Below, piece after piece: positions 39,419 to 50,674 of a DNA stretch of 64,000 bases. Each line of letters starts with the position of its first letter. Position 1 is the first letter of the stretch. The position numbers and the translations under genes are program-made. Origin of the DNA: Gammaproteobacteria bacterium (GTDB lineage: Bacteria; Pseudomonadota; Gammaproteobacteria; Arenicellales; Poriferihabitantaceae). Where the stretch lies: assembly GCA_022822625.1 (NCBI GenBank), contig JAJEAV010000026.1, positions 17,138-81,137 of the forward strand, read 5' to 3'. The notes beneath the pieces were generated by a model, which worked only from the letters and a program-made list of their open reading frames with translations, ran no database searches and was not told the DNA's origin.

Positions 39419-40469
39419 AGATGCTGACAAGTCAAATATCGAAGCAGAAATCGATGCTTTCAGGGAAAAGTACAAACTGCTTGTCGAAAATTTTCAGAAC
39501 CTGAAAACCGGCCAGGGCTGGCATACCCCCAATAATGTCTCTTTTGCCCATGAAGGTATGCTGGTTCGTGAATTTCATGGTCCGTCCGGCAATCGACCTA
39601 ATCCAGTCCTGATTGTATATTCCCACGTTAATCTACCTTATATAACTGATTTGACCTCACAACATTCTCTTGTTTGCCGATTAATCGAATCTGGGCACAA
39701 GGTCTTTTTGATCGAATGGAGTGAGGTGAATAGCGAGGCGAGAACCCGAGATTTATCTGTCTATCTCCATGATTACCTGGATAAGTCGATTGACTTCATT
39801 CTTGGAAAATATGGGGTAGAGAAACTGGACCTGATTGGAATTTGCCAGGGCGGTACTTTTTGCTTGTGTTATGCAAGTATTCACCCTGAAAAAATACGCA
39901 GTCTGGTGACTATGGTCACACCGGTCGATTTCCAGGCTGGCGAGAGCATAATCTGGAAATGGGCAAGAAAGATTGATTTCCCGCAACTGGAAAAAATACC
40001 GGTAAACATACCGGGTAGCATGATCACCCTATTTTTTCAATCGCTCCGTCCTTTTGATGAGGTGATGAGAAGTATTCAGGTCATTCAGAATCCCGAATCA
40101 CTGAAAAACCTGAACTTGACTGCATTGATTGATCAGTGGGTCTTTGAGTGTCCAGACCAGCCGGGCATGGCGTTTGCCCAGTTCATGCACCAGTTCTATC
40201 AGAAAAACAAGCTGGTTCGCGGTGAGTTCAAGATTGGCGAGCATCTCATTAATCTGGGCAATATTGATTGTCCGGTATTGAATCTATACGCAACATCCGA
40301 TCATTTGGTACCTCCGGAATCCGCCAGTGTGTTGAAGAGGTACATTCACCGGAAAAGATATAGTGAAATGACATACGATGGAGGCCATATCGGACTAATG
40401 GTTGGTACCAAAGCTCACCAGACCATACTTCCCCAAATGGCAGAATGGCTGGTGAATGCCCATAAGTAA
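39411..40469 (+). CDS. phaC: Class III poly(R)-hydroxyalkanoate synthase catalytic subunit PhaC
   Basis: 352 aa; PVLIVYS.VN.PY..DL, lipase box GICQGG, PVDF, CPDQPG, DHLVPP and GGHIG (Cys-Asp-His triad). Confidence 0.88.
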   Translation: MDEDADKSNIEAEIDAFREKYKLLVENFQNLKTGQGWHTPNNVSFAHEGMLVREFHGPSGNRPNPVLIVYSHVNLPYITDLTSQHSLVCRLIESGHKVFLIEWSEVNSEARTRDLSVYLHDYLDKSIDFILGKYGVEKLDLIGICQGGTFCLCYASIHPEKIRSLVTMVTPVDFQAGESIIWKWARKIDFPQLEKIPVNIPGSMITLFFQSLRPFDEVMRSIQVIQNPESLKNLNLTALIDQWVFECPDQPGMAFAQFMHQFYQKNKLVRGEFKIGEHLINLGNIDCPVLNLYATSDHLVPPESASVLKRYIHRKRYSEMTYDGGHIGLMVGTKAHQTILPQMAEWLVNAHK

Positions 40470-40511
40470 TGAGCAGTACCTACTTCTACCATGACCGCCC
40501 TACCCCCTTGA

Positions 40512-41234
40512 TCAGTACATATGCTGACCTCCATTGATATCAATGGTCGAACCAGTAATAAACCCTGCATCATCGCTGACCAGAAACAGCACCCCACGCG
40601 CAATGTCTTCCGGATTACCCAATCGACCAACTGGAATGGTAGAAATGATTTTTTCCAGTACTTTTTCAGGGACCGCGCGCACCATATCCGTTAATACATA
40701 ACCGGGAGCGATAGCGTTGACGGTAATCCCCACCTTGGCACCTTCCTGTGCCAGGGCCTTTGTGAATCCGTGGATACCCGACTTCGCTGCAGCGTAGTTT
40801 ACCTGCCCATATTGTCCGGCCTGACCGTTTATGGAACCAATGTTCACAATTCGGCCAAACTGTCGTTCCCGCATTCCTTCAATAACAGACCGACTCATAT
40901 TGAAACAGGATGACAGATTGGTCTTGATGACATCGTTCCACTGGTCATAATCCATTCTGTGCATGGTTCCGTCACGAGTAATGCCGGCATTGTTGACCAA
41001 AATGGATACTGGCCCTAGATCTTCTTCTATCTGTTTGACTGCTGCCTGACAGGCATCGAAGTCCGAGACATCAAACCTATAGGTTGAAATGCCTGTACTG
41101 TCAGAAAATTTCCTTGCTGACTCATCATTGCCGACATAGGTAGCTGCGACTGCATGTCCAGCTTCCTTGAGAGCTACGCTAATCGCTTCTCCAATACCTC
41201 GAATTCCCCCTGTTACAATTGCTACTGTACTCAC
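40512..41234 (-). CDS. phaB: Acetoacetyl-CoA reductase
   Basis: TGGIRGIG, NNAGITRD and SINGQAGQYGQVNYAAAKSG; follows the class I phaC. Confidence 0.93.
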   Translation of the reverse strand: MSTVAIVTGGIRGIGEAISVALKEAGHAVAATYVGNDESARKFSDSTGISTYRFDVSDFDACQAAVKQIEEDLGPVSILVNNAGITRDGTMHRMDYDQWNDVIKTNLSSCFNMSRSVIEGMRERQFGRIVNIGSINGQAGQYGQVNYAAAKSGIHGFTKALAQEGAKVGITVNAIAPGYVLTDMVRAVPEKVLEKIISTIPVGRLGNPEDIARGVLFLVSDDAGFITGSTIDINGGQHMY

Positions 41235-41264
41235 TATCTAGTCCTCACTATTGTTCATTGCTTC

Positions 41265-43034
41265 TTAATCTGGTTCCTGATCGATTCGAACCCGAACGTA
41301 AGTGCCGGGCGCATCTTCAATAATATCAAGCTTACCGTCTCCCGGAACTCTGCAAGGTACTTTTTCCCCGCACTTCCCAGAAATCCAGTCCTGCCATTCA
41401 GGCCACCAGGAACCTTCATTCACCTTGGCGTTTCCAACCCATTTCTCCAGATCAGCGGGAGGATTATCGGTTGTGCGATAATTGTGTTTGCCGGCGGCGG
41501 GCGGGTTAATGATTCCAGCAATATGACCGGACCCACTCAGAATGAATTTGACTGGTCCGGAGACTAGTTGGGTACCTGCATAAGTAGATTCCCAGGGAGC
41601 AATATGGTCTTCGACAGCCGATACAAAACAACTCGGAATATCAATTCTTGACAGATCGATGCCTATGCCATCAATGCTGACTCCATCTGGCTCCTTCAGC
41701 TTGTTGTCGACATAAAAATTCTTGATATACCAAGTGTGCATGCCTGCCGGCATTCTGGTTGAATCCGAATTCCAGTAAAGCAGGTCAAATGCCTTGGGGC
41801 TCTTACCCAGCAAATAGTTGTTCACGTAAAACGACCAGATGAGGTCATTGGCGCGCAACATATTGAAGACGCCAGCCATGTAGTCTCCTTCCAGATACCC
41901 CTTTTCGCTCATTTTTTTCTTCAGGCTCTCGAGTTGCTCCTCATCGGTAAAAACTCCAAGTTCACCGGGTTCAGAGTAATCCAGCATTGTGGTCAGGAAC
42001 GTGGATGTATTGATTCCTTCATCTCCTTTTGACCTCAGATAAGCAAGGGCAGTTGCAAGCAATGCGCCACCAATACAGTAACCAATGACATTGACCTTGT
42101 CTTCGCCGGTGGCCTGCTTCACCGCATCAAGAGCGACTACCAACCCATCAAGGATATAGTGATCAAACTGGACATCATGGCAGGTCTCATCAGGATTTAC
42201 CCAGGACATCACGAATACTGTATGACCTTGGCCAGTCAGCCACTTGATAAAGGAGTTTTCCGGCTGGAGATCCAGTACATAGTATTTGTTTATCCATGGT
42301 GGAACGAGCAGCAAAGGTATGCTGTTAACGGTTTTTGTGCTCGGTTCATATTGCAGCAGCTCGAACATTCGATTGCGAAAAACTACCTTTCCGGATGAAA
42401 CAGCGATATTTTTTCCCAGCTCAAAAGCATCTGTATCGGTCATACTGATTTTGAGTGTGCCATTACCCTTTCTTAAGTCAGACATCATGTTCTGAAACCC
42501 ATTGAGTAAGTTTTCACCCTTGGTTTCAACTGCTTTCTCAATAACTTCCGGGTTGGTCAAGGCAAAGTTGGTTGGAGATAGACTGTCGATGTACTGCTCG
42601 GTGAAAAAAGCCATTTTCCTGGCCGTCTGCTCATCAATGCCCTCGGTATTTGAGGCAAGGTCCCGGAAGCATTTTGAACTGAGCAAATAGGATTGCTTGA
42701 TCGCATTGAAGATTGGTTGTTCTTCCCAGGCTTGATGGCGAAACCTTCGATCCCCCCTCTCTTCCTGAATAACCGGTTCTGAATCGATCCCCATCATCTG
42801 CATGGCAGTCTGTTGATAGAGTTTCATGGTGTCCTGCCAGTAGTTGATGCCGGTTTCAATCATTTTTTCCGGGTTTTTCAGCATTGCGTCATACCATTGC
42901 TGCCAGGCTTCAACCAGGTTGAATGGGTCAATATTGGCAATTCCATATTCCGAGGCGGCCTCTTTCATCAGTTTCTCTAACTGTTCCATTTTCTCTTTGT
43001 ATTCTTCGCTGGCAATACTGGTCTTGGTATTCAT
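41265..43034 (-). CDS. phaC: Class I poly(R)-hydroxyalkanoate synthase
   Basis: 589 aa; DRRF, SPTNF.LTNP, PPWINKYYVLDL, GYCIGG, FDLLYWNSD, EDHIAPW, SGHIAG and GSWWP. Confidence 0.96.
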   Translation of the reverse strand: MNTKTSIASEEYKEKMEQLEKLMKEAASEYGIANIDPFNLVEAWQQWYDAMLKNPEKMIETGINYWQDTMKLYQQTAMQMMGIDSEPVIQEERGDRRFRHQAWEEQPIFNAIKQSYLLSSKCFRDLASNTEGIDEQTARKMAFFTEQYIDSLSPTNFALTNPEVIEKAVETKGENLLNGFQNMMSDLRKGNGTLKISMTDTDAFELGKNIAVSSGKVVFRNRMFELLQYEPSTKTVNSIPLLLVPPWINKYYVLDLQPENSFIKWLTGQGHTVFVMSWVNPDETCHDVQFDHYILDGLVVALDAVKQATGEDKVNVIGYCIGGALLATALAYLRSKGDEGINTSTFLTTMLDYSEPGELGVFTDEEQLESLKKKMSEKGYLEGDYMAGVFNMLRANDLIWSFYVNNYLLGKSPKAFDLLYWNSDSTRMPAGMHTWYIKNFYVDNKLKEPDGVSIDGIGIDLSRIDIPSCFVSAVEDHIAPWESTYAGTQLVSGPVKFILSGSGHIAGIINPPAAGKHNYRTTDNPPADLEKWVGNAKVNEGSWWPEWQDWISGKCGEKVPCRVPGDGKLDIIEDAPGTYVRVRIDQEPD

Positions 43035-43218
43035 ATTGGCACCCTGTTACGGACTGTTATAATAATTTGAATCCCGGGATTCAGCTGTTCTGGCAAGGAT
43101 CATCCCGTCATTATATGCCATTATTGTGCATCGCACACAAAATCAGTGCTGTCCTGGAGAATCTCGGGATTCATGATTCGGTGCAAAGCATATTATCTGG
43201 TGTCCTGATCTACAGGCA

Positions 43219-43938
43219 TCATCGATCTATCTTGTCTTCAACAGATTTCAGGATACCTCGCAGTATATTTACTTCTTCCCGAGTGAGCTGAGAACGATTA
43301 AACAGCCTTTTCAGTTTACGCATCAATAGCGATGAGCGCCCATCTATAAATTCAGTCATATTTAATGCCTTCTCCAGATGTGTCATGAATCCATTGACCT
43401 GTTCCCTGTTCGCGAGGTCTTCCCGCTCTTCCTTCCCGAACGAATTTTCGGAATTCATGAGCGCCTTTCGGAATTCATGGCAGAGAATTGTTGCTGCCGA
43501 GGCCAGATTCATGGATGGGAATCTCTCGTCAACATCAATCCTGATCATGTAGTTGCATAAATCGAGTTCGGCGTTTCCGAGTCCGTTGCGTTCCCTGCCG
43601 AAAACAATAGCCAACCGGGCATTCTGGCTGACGGCCTTCTCCATTGCCTGATCGGGTAAAAGCGTAGGCCAGCTGATTGACCTTTTTCTGGAAGTCGTTG
43701 CAAGCACCAGTGTACAGTCTTCAACAGCCTTCTCCAGCGTTGGATAATGTTCCGATTCTAGCAATACCCTCCCTGCACCACTGGCACGACGCAAGGCATC
43801 TGAATTCACTATATCTGGTGCATTGACCAACGCCATGTTGTTGATTCCCATGTTTGTCATGGAACGGGCGACTCCACCAACATTGCCGGGTTCCGAAGGT
43901 TCAACCAGAACGATTCGGATATAATTGGACATCTTCAT
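43219..43938 (-). CDS. trmJ: tRNA (C32/U32) 2'-O-methyltransferase TrmJ
   Basis: IVLVEP..PGNVG..AR, FGRE..GL.N.EL, SMNLA and EVNILRGIL; divergent from suhB. Confidence 0.92.
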   Translation of the reverse strand: MKMSNYIRIVLVEPSEPGNVGGVARSMTNMGINNMALVNAPDIVNSDALRRASGAGRVLLESEHYPTLEKAVEDCTLVLATTSRKRSISWPTLLPDQAMEKAVSQNARLAIVFGRERNGLGNAELDLCNYMIRIDVDERFPSMNLASAATILCHEFRKALMNSENSFGKEEREDLANREQVNGFMTHLEKALNMTEFIDGRSSLLMRKLKRLFNRSQLTREEVNILRGILKSVEDKIDR

Positions 43939-44020
43939 GATATATCGTAATTCGGTGAAATGACTGACGGTTTATTGCCTGCTAGCCGGATTTCTCCAAT
44001 GCTCTTTCAGGAAAATTATA

Positions 44021-44854
44021 TTGGACCCTCTGCTCAATATCGGGATAAAGGCCGCTGTTTCAGCCGGAAAAGTGTTGACCCAGTCCCTCAATTCACTTGA
44101 CCGCCTCCATGTAACTCCAAAAGGTCGTCATGACTTTGTGAGCGAGGCCGATCAAATGTCCGAAGAAATCATTATCGAGATTGTGCGCAAACACTATCCC
44201 GAGCATGACATCATTACCGAAGAATCGGGTATACATGTGGGTTCGGGTAATGACGGGGATCAATTCGAATGGATCATTGATCCACTGGATGGAACCATGA
44301 ATTATCTGCACAACCATCCCGACTTTACGGTTTCAATTGCTGTCACAAAAAACAATGTTCTTGAGCATGGCATTATATTCGATCCCATCCGCAACGACTT
44401 GTACACTGCCAGCCGTAATCGTGGAGCACAATTAAACGGGAAGCGGATACACGTAACACATGCTAGGAATCTCAAGCGGTCTACGATTGCCGTGGGTACA
44501 CCTCATCCCGACTACGACTACAGGGATTACTGGCTTGATAATGTTTCCGAAATTATCAAGGGAGTGGGCACAGTTCGAGTTACCGGATCAGCAGCACTTG
44601 ATCTGGCACATGTTGCTACCGGTAGAACCGATGGTTTTTTCCAGCCCTCGCTGAAAGTATGGGATATTGCTGCGGGCAGCTTGCTAGTCCGGGAAGCCAA
44701 GGGGCTTGTGGCCGACTGGAGCGGCAATCAAGACCATCTCGAAAATGGATATGTTCTGGCCTCAGGAACCGGTATTTTCAGTCAACTTCTGGGATTGACC
44801 CAGTCCGTTTACGGGGATATTGCGACGACAAGTCCCACAGATATAACTGGATGA
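44021..44854 (+). CDS. suhB: Inositol monophosphatase family protein SuhB
   Basis: DFVSEAD, WIIDPLDGTMNY, GSAALDL and WDIAAG..LV.EA.G. Confidence 0.92.
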   Translation: MDPLLNIGIKAAVSAGKVLTQSLNSLDRLHVTPKGRHDFVSEADQMSEEIIIEIVRKHYPEHDIITEESGIHVGSGNDGDQFEWIIDPLDGTMNYLHNHPDFTVSIAVTKNNVLEHGIIFDPIRNDLYTASRNRGAQLNGKRIHVTHARNLKRSTIAVGTPHPDYDYRDYWLDNVSEIIKGVGTVRVTGSAALDLAHVATGRTDGFFQPSLKVWDIAAGSLLVREAKGLVADWSGNQDHLENGYVLASGTGIFSQLLGLTQSVYGDIATTSPTDITG

Positions 44855-44998
44855 CTATTCCAGTCGGCAACATCTTGCTTCATAGTCCACGCCAATTCAA
44901 AATTCAGGATAATCGAATATCTCGGAACCCACCAATGATCCTTCTGTAAACGACATGAACATGGAATCTGAATCTATACGTTGAATTGGTATCGCTTT

Positions 44999-47599
44999 AT
45001 GGAACAGGAGTCTCTTATCAAGCCAACACCGGGAGAGCTCAGCAAGTCTGAACTGTCGGGGCATACGCCCATGATAAAGCAGTATCTCGCAATCAAGAAG
45101 GAATATCCCGATACGATTCTGTTCTATCAAATGGGCGATTTTTACGAGATGTTTTTTGAAGATGCCCAGGAAGCATCAAAACTGCTCGATATCACCCTGA
45201 CATCGCGCAGTCAATCCGGGGGTTCAGAAGTTCCAATGGCTGGTGTTCCTATTCACTCGGTTGAGCAATATCTTGAGCGCCTGATAGGTCTGAACCTGTC
45301 TGTCGCAATTTGCGATCAGGTGGGAGACCCGGCAAATTCCAAAGGCCCGGTTGAGCGTAAGGTTGTTCGAGTCGTAACTCCAGGCACCTTGATTGAGGAA
45401 ACACTGCTTAACGATCGACAGGAAAACATAACCGCCTCTGTTTTTGAATTGAACGATCGTTACGGAATCGCCACTCTTGAAATATCAAGCGGGAGATTCG
45501 TAGGCTATGAGGTCAGTACCCGGGAACTGCTGCTCAGCTCAATTCGTCGAATCAGTCCGGCAGAAATGGTCATCAGCGATAATCAAAATCCGTTTGAAGA
45601 CGATACTGCTGCACGACAAGTCCCTTCTTGGTATTTTGACTCATCCCGCACCGAAAACGTTCTTTGCGAGTTGTTTGAAACAAGGTTTCTTGATGCATTT
45701 GATTGCCCGGAGTTCCCGGTTGCAACCCGTGCGGCAGGTGCCCTGATTCTTTACATCCAGGACTTGCATGGCAATCAGTTGCCGCATGTCACCGGCATCG
45801 AATTCAAGCGGCAAAGCAGTTTTTTGAACATGGACGAGGTGACCCGGAGAAATCTGGAAATCGAAGTTGGACACGATGGCACTTCCCATAACAGTCTGGT
45901 CCGCATTTTCGATGACTGTGGAACTGCAATGGGTGCCAGAATGCTTCGAAGATGGTTCAATGCACCAATCACGGATCGAACGGAACTTGTCTCTCGACAC
46001 GATGCAATCGACTGGTTGCTGGAAATACCTCAGCTTGAAAAAATCAGGACCCTGTTGAAGTCGATTGTGGACATGGAGCGAATACTCGCCAGGGTTTCCA
46101 TGAAGACAGCTCGACCGCGTGATCTGCTGGGACTCCGCAACTCTCTCGAAATCCTGCCGGAGATCAACCAGCTCATCGAGCATTGCCCTGCGCCATTGAT
46201 TCAATCATTACAGGGCAATCTGACACCCCGGCATGAAGTGCATGATCTTCTCAAATCGGCGATCAAGGACGATCCCCCGAACATTATTCGTGATGGCGGT
46301 GTTTTAAGGGATGACTACGACCAGGAACTCGGCGAGCTAAGACACCTGCAACAGGAATCCGGTGATCACCTGATTGCGATGGAAGTTCACGAACGAAAAT
46401 CTACAGGGATTTCAAATCTGCGGATTCGTTATAACCGGGTTCATGGATATTACATCGAAATTCCACGATCGCAGGAAGGCATGGTACCCGAACACTACAT
46501 ACGACGACAGACGATCAAGAATGCAGAACGCTTCGTAACGGAAGAACTCAAGGAGTTTGAGGAAAGAATACTGGGTGCAAAGGGCAAGGCATTGATTCGT
46601 GAAAAGTACTTGTATGACCAGATTCTTGAAAGCCTACAGCCACATATCAAGGCAATCATGCAGTGTGCACGCGCTCTGGCCTGTCTGGACCTGCTTGGAA
46701 ATTTTGCCTCGAAAGCCCAGACACTCGACTTATGCCGCCCGGAGCTGGTGGAAAAATCCAGTATTGAAATTATCAACGGACGTCATCCTGTGGTCGAGCA
46801 AACGCTGATCCGGAAGGATTTCATTAGCAACACGACTCTGCTTGACGACAACACTCGAATGCAGCTGATTACGGGGCCGAACATGGGCGGCAAAAGCACC
46901 TATATGCGGCAGGTCGCGATTGTTGCCCTGTTGGCATATACCGGATGTTATGTCCCGGCCAATTCTGCCAGAATCGGATATATCGACCGGATATTCACGC
47001 GAATCGGGGCCGCAGATGATCTGGCAGGTGGCCGATCAACGTTTATGGTCGAAATGACGGAAATGGCCGGTATTTTGAGAAATGCATCGCAAAATAGCCT
47101 CGTGATTGTTGATGAAATTGGACGTGGAACCAGTACCTTTGATGGCCTGGCCTTGGCGTGGGCCTGTGCCAGAGAACTGGCGATGAAGGTCAAGTCACTG
47201 ACCTTGTTTTCCACGCACTACTTTGAATTGACCACTCTTGAAAATGAATTGCCCTGTCTTGTCAATGTTCATCTTGATGCGGTGGAACACGGTGAAAACA
47301 TCATCTTCATGTACAAGGTCAAATTGGGTTCGGCCTCAAAAAGCTATGGACTGCAGGTAGCCCGGCTGGCCGGGATTCCCAGTCGTGTCATTGCGGCCTC
47401 CAGTTCAAAATTGTCATCCATGGAAAGAATACAGGTACAAGAAAAAGACAGTTCAGGCAGTCAGAACAACGACGAACCAGATCAAACCCCTGAAGAGATG
47501 GAGATAGTCTCAATAATCAAGTCTATCGATGTAGATAATCTGACCCCGCGAGAGGCACTTGATGTGATCTATGAGCTACGCAAAAATCTTGCGGTGTGA
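44999..47599 (+). CDS. mutS: DNA mismatch repair protein MutS
   Basis: [43 protein letters not shown] and DEIGRGTST. Confidence 0.98.
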   Translation: MEQESLIKPTPGELSKSELSGHTPMIKQYLAIKKEYPDTILFYQMGDFYEMFFEDAQEASKLLDITLTSRSQSGGSEVPMAGVPIHSVEQYLERLIGLNLSVAICDQVGDPANSKGPVERKVVRVVTPGTLIEETLLNDRQENITASVFELNDRYGIATLEISSGRFVGYEVSTRELLLSSIRRISPAEMVISDNQNPFEDDTAARQVPSWYFDSSRTENVLCELFETRFLDAFDCPEFPVATRAAGALILYIQDLHGNQLPHVTGIEFKRQSSFLNMDEVTRRNLEIEVGHDGTSHNSLVRIFDDCGTAMGARMLRRWFNAPITDRTELVSRHDAIDWLLEIPQLEKIRTLLKSIVDMERILARVSMKTARPRDLLGLRNSLEILPEINQLIEHCPAPLIQSLQGNLTPRHEVHDLLKSAIKDDPPNIIRDGGVLRDDYDQELGELRHLQQESGDHLIAMEVHERKSTGISNLRIRYNRVHGYYIEIPRSQEGMVPEHYIRRQTIKNAERFVTEELKEFEERILGAKGKALIREKYLYDQILESLQPHIKAIMQCARALACLDLLGNFASKAQTLDLCRPELVEKSSIEIINGRHPVVEQTLIRKDFISNTTLLDDNTRMQLITGPNMGGKSTYMRQVAIVALLAYTGCYVPANSARIGYIDRIFTRIGAADDLAGGRSTFMVEMTEMAGILRNASQNSLVIVDEIGRGTSTFDGLALAWACARELAMKVKSLTLFSTHYFELTTLENELPCLVNVHLDAVEHGENIIFMYKVKLGSASKSYGLQVARLAGIPSRVIAASSSKLSSMERIQVQEKDSSGSQNNDEPDQTPEEMEIVSIIKSIDVDNLTPREALDVIYELRKNLAV

Positions 47600-47689
47600 G
47601 CAAACAATGGTTAAAATCAGCGCCTGACTTGCCGTATCGGGCAACATTACCCTGATTGTTTGAATTGACCTGTTCGGAGTATCCTGAAT

Positions 47690-48013
47690 ATGACTTATGT
47701 GGTGGCCGAATCCTGCATCCGTTGCAAGCTGACTGACTGTGTTGAGGTTTGTCCTGTGGACTGCTTTCATGAAGGACCGAATTATCTGGTCATTGACCCT
47801 GAAGAGTGTATCGATTGCAGCTTGTGCGAACCCGAATGTCCAGTCAATGCCATTTTTGCCGAAGACGACCTGCCCAAGGAGCAAGCACATTTTCTTGAAT
47901 TGAATGCAGAGCTCAGTCAGGTCTGGCCGGTCATCTCCGAGATGAAGGATCCACCGGAAGATGCGGATGACTGGCGAGAAGTCAAGGACAAGCTTCAGTA
48001 TCTTGAGCGATAG
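47690..48013 (+). CDS. fdxA: 7Fe ferredoxin (FdxA type)
   Basis: [18 protein letters not shown] and [13 protein letters not shown]; downstream of mutS. Confidence 0.95.
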   Translation: MTYVVAESCIRCKLTDCVEVCPVDCFHEGPNYLVIDPEECIDCSLCEPECPVNAIFAEDDLPKEQAHFLELNAELSQVWPVISEMKDPPEDADDWREVKDKLQYLER

Positions 48014-48052
48014 TCGCTACGCCAGTCAACCAGGGCATGGTTTTCACACCCA

Positions 48053-50674
48053 ATGAATAGTGCCGCTTCAACCACGGTTCATCTCTCTGACTACACTCCT
48101 CCGTCTTTCATTATTGAGCAGTCCCGACTTGTTTTTCGGTTGGGGTTTGATTCAACCCGGGTTGAAGCGACTCACCAAATCCAGCGAAACTCCGGAGCTA
48201 CAGACCCTCTAGAGCTGAATTACGATCAACTCGAAATAGCCAGCATCAAAATTGATGACCACGAAGTAGACAGCAGCAATGTTGAGGCGAAAGACAAGTT
48301 GCTGATGATCCGGAATGTCCCGGACCGGTTTCAACTGACCACCGCCTGTCGAATCTTCCCGCAGGCAAATACTGCACTGGAAGGATTGTATAAATCGCGC
48401 AATATTCTCTGCACACAATGCGAGGCAGAGGGTTTTCGGCGGATTACTCCCTCCATTGACCGTCCCGATGTGCTGACACGCTATCAGGTTCGTATTGAAG
48501 CAGCAAAAAACGAATTTCCGGTCCTGCTGTGCAATGGCAACCTGACCGATCAGGGTGAACTTGATCAGGGCTGGCATTATGCCGAGTGGGAAGACCCGTT
48601 TCCCAAGCCAACTTACTTGTTTGCCCTGGTTGCGGGGCCGCTAAATTGTCTGGAAGATGACTTTACCACCATGAGTGGCCGCGAGGTCAAATTGCGGTTT
48701 TATGTGGAAGGTGATGACGTTGATCAATGTCACCATGCCATGCAGTCGCTCAAACAGGCAATGCGATGGGATGAACAGGAATGGAATCGGGAATATGACT
48801 TGGACTTATACAATGTGGTTGCCGTACGCGACTTCAATATGGGTGCGATGGAAAACAAGAGCCTGAATGTTTTCAATACCACCTATGTACTCGCTAATCA
48901 TGCGTTTGCAACCGATTTCAATTTTCAACTGGTCAGGGACATTATCGGGCATGAGTATTTCCACAACTGGTCCGGGAATCGGGTCACATTACGGGACTGG
49001 TTCCAATTGAGCCTGAAAGAAGGATTTACAGTCTTTCGTGAACAGGAGTTCAGCGCTGACATGAGCTCCCGAGGGGTACGTAGAATTGATGCCGTAGCCG
49101 GCCTGAGGAACCACCAGTTCAGCGAGGATGCCGGTGCCATGGCCCACCCCGTACAACCTCAGTCCTATCAGCAAATCGACAACTTCTATACTGCTACCGT
49201 CTATGAGAAAGGGGCCGAAGTTGTACGCATGCTTCAGACACTGGTCGGACATGACACATTTCGGCAAGGCGTTGACCTGTACTTTGAGATGCATGACGGC
49301 AAGGCAGTAACAATCAATGAATTCGCTAATGCCATTGAAACAACTAGCGGGCATGATTTATCACAGTTCATGCTCTGGTACAGCCAGGCCGGCACCCCGG
49401 TCGTGCGGGCAGAATATCAGTATTTGTCGTCTGAGTCTGCCCTGGAACTCACGCTTGCACAAAGTTGTCCGATAACCGCTGATGGGTTCGAGAAAAAGCC
49501 CTTCATGATTCCGGTCAAAACGGCGCTGTTTAACGAAGACGGGGAAAAAGAATATATCGGTCCCGAGGGTTCGGAAATTGTCCTGGTCCTGAAAGAGCCA
49601 TGGCAAACCTTTCGGTTCGAAAACATTTCAAAACCGGTCGTTCCATCGTTATTGAGAGGCTTCAGTGCCCCTGTAGAGATGCGGACAAGCCTGTCTGAAC
49701 AGCAACTGGCCTTACTGCTGAACCACGATGACGATCCGTTTGTGCGTTGGGATTCGGGCCAGCAATTATTTGTCAGTCAGCTTCTTAGTGACATTGCTGT
49801 CATACAAGGCGGACACCAGCCGGGAGACAGATTATTCCTGCATGAAAGGGTACGGGAATTAATCCGAAACAGGGATATCGATCATGAATTGCTGGCTACA
49901 CTGATTTCCCTGCCTTCAATCGACTATCTCGGTTGTCAAATGGAAAAAATAGACCCGGTTCCCATACATGATGCTCGCTGTAATCTGCGAAAGAGTCTTG
50001 CTGAATATTGCCGAGTCGATTTACAGGACCGATATTACGAGTGTGCAGATATCAACCGTGGCCAGAGCAATGCAACAGAGATTGGAGCAAGGGTATTGCG
50101 GGATCAGTGTCTGGGCTATCTGGGAGCACTGAATGACCGCGGTGCCTGGGATATGATCTCGGCACAGATCACAGATGCACAATGCATGACCGACAGTATC
50201 AGTGCGTACGGCACGCTGATCCAGACCGATCACCCTGACAAGACAGGCTATATTGAAGAATTTTATGAGCGCTGGAAATATCAGACTGAAGTCGTCGACA
50301 AGTGGTTTGCGATGCAGGCCGGAGCAACTCAACCCTCCACATTAAGGAAGATCGACGAGTTGACCCGTCATCCCGGATTTGACTGGAAAAACCCCAATAA
50401 TGTACGCGCCTTGATCGGAAGACTTTGCCATGGCAACCCCGTGATCTTCCACAACAACGATGGTTCTGGGTATGCATTCGCCTCAAAATGGATCAGGAAA
50501 CTGGACCCAGTCAACTCAAGCCTGAGCAGCAGTATTGCACGATCATTCGAAAACTGGCGTAATTATCGAGCCGATCTCGCCGAACTCATGCAGAAGACCC
50601 TGCTTGAAATTAGAGAAATACCCAGGTTATCCTCCAATACGCTTGAAATTGTTGCCAATTCTCTGGAACGCTAA
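48053..50674 (+). CDS. pepN: Aminopeptidase N
   Basis: TQCEAEGFR, GAMEN, HEYFHNWSGNRVT and LKEG (HExxH...E). Confidence 0.96.
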   Translation: MNSAASTTVHLSDYTPPSFIIEQSRLVFRLGFDSTRVEATHQIQRNSGATDPLELNYDQLEIASIKIDDHEVDSSNVEAKDKLLMIRNVPDRFQLTTACRIFPQANTALEGLYKSRNILCTQCEAEGFRRITPSIDRPDVLTRYQVRIEAAKNEFPVLLCNGNLTDQGELDQGWHYAEWEDPFPKPTYLFALVAGPLNCLEDDFTTMSGREVKLRFYVEGDDVDQCHHAMQSLKQAMRWDEQEWNREYDLDLYNVVAVRDFNMGAMENKSLNVFNTTYVLANHAFATDFNFQLVRDIIGHEYFHNWSGNRVTLRDWFQLSLKEGFTVFREQEFSADMSSRGVRRIDAVAGLRNHQFSEDAGAMAHPVQPQSYQQIDNFYTATVYEKGAEVVRMLQTLVGHDTFRQGVDLYFEMHDGKAVTINEFANAIETTSGHDLSQFMLWYSQAGTPVVRAEYQYLSSESALELTLAQSCPITADGFEKKPFMIPVKTALFNEDGEKEYIGPEGSEIVLVLKEPWQTFRFENISKPVVPSLLRGFSAPVEMRTSLSEQQLALLLNHDDDPFVRWDSGQQLFVSQLLSDIAVIQGGHQPGDRLFLHERVRELIRNRDIDHELLATLISLPSIDYLGCQMEKIDPVPIHDARCNLRKSLAEYCRVDLQDRYYECADINRGQSNATEIGARVLRDQCLGYLGALNDRGAWDMISAQITDAQCMTDSISAYGTLIQTDHPDKTGYIEEFYERWKYQTEVVDKWFAMQAGATQPSTLRKIDELTRHPGFDWKNPNNVRALIGRLCHGNPVIFHNNDGSGYAFASKWIRKLDPVNSSLSSSIARSFENWRNYRADLAELMQKTLLEIREIPRLSSNTLEIVANSLER

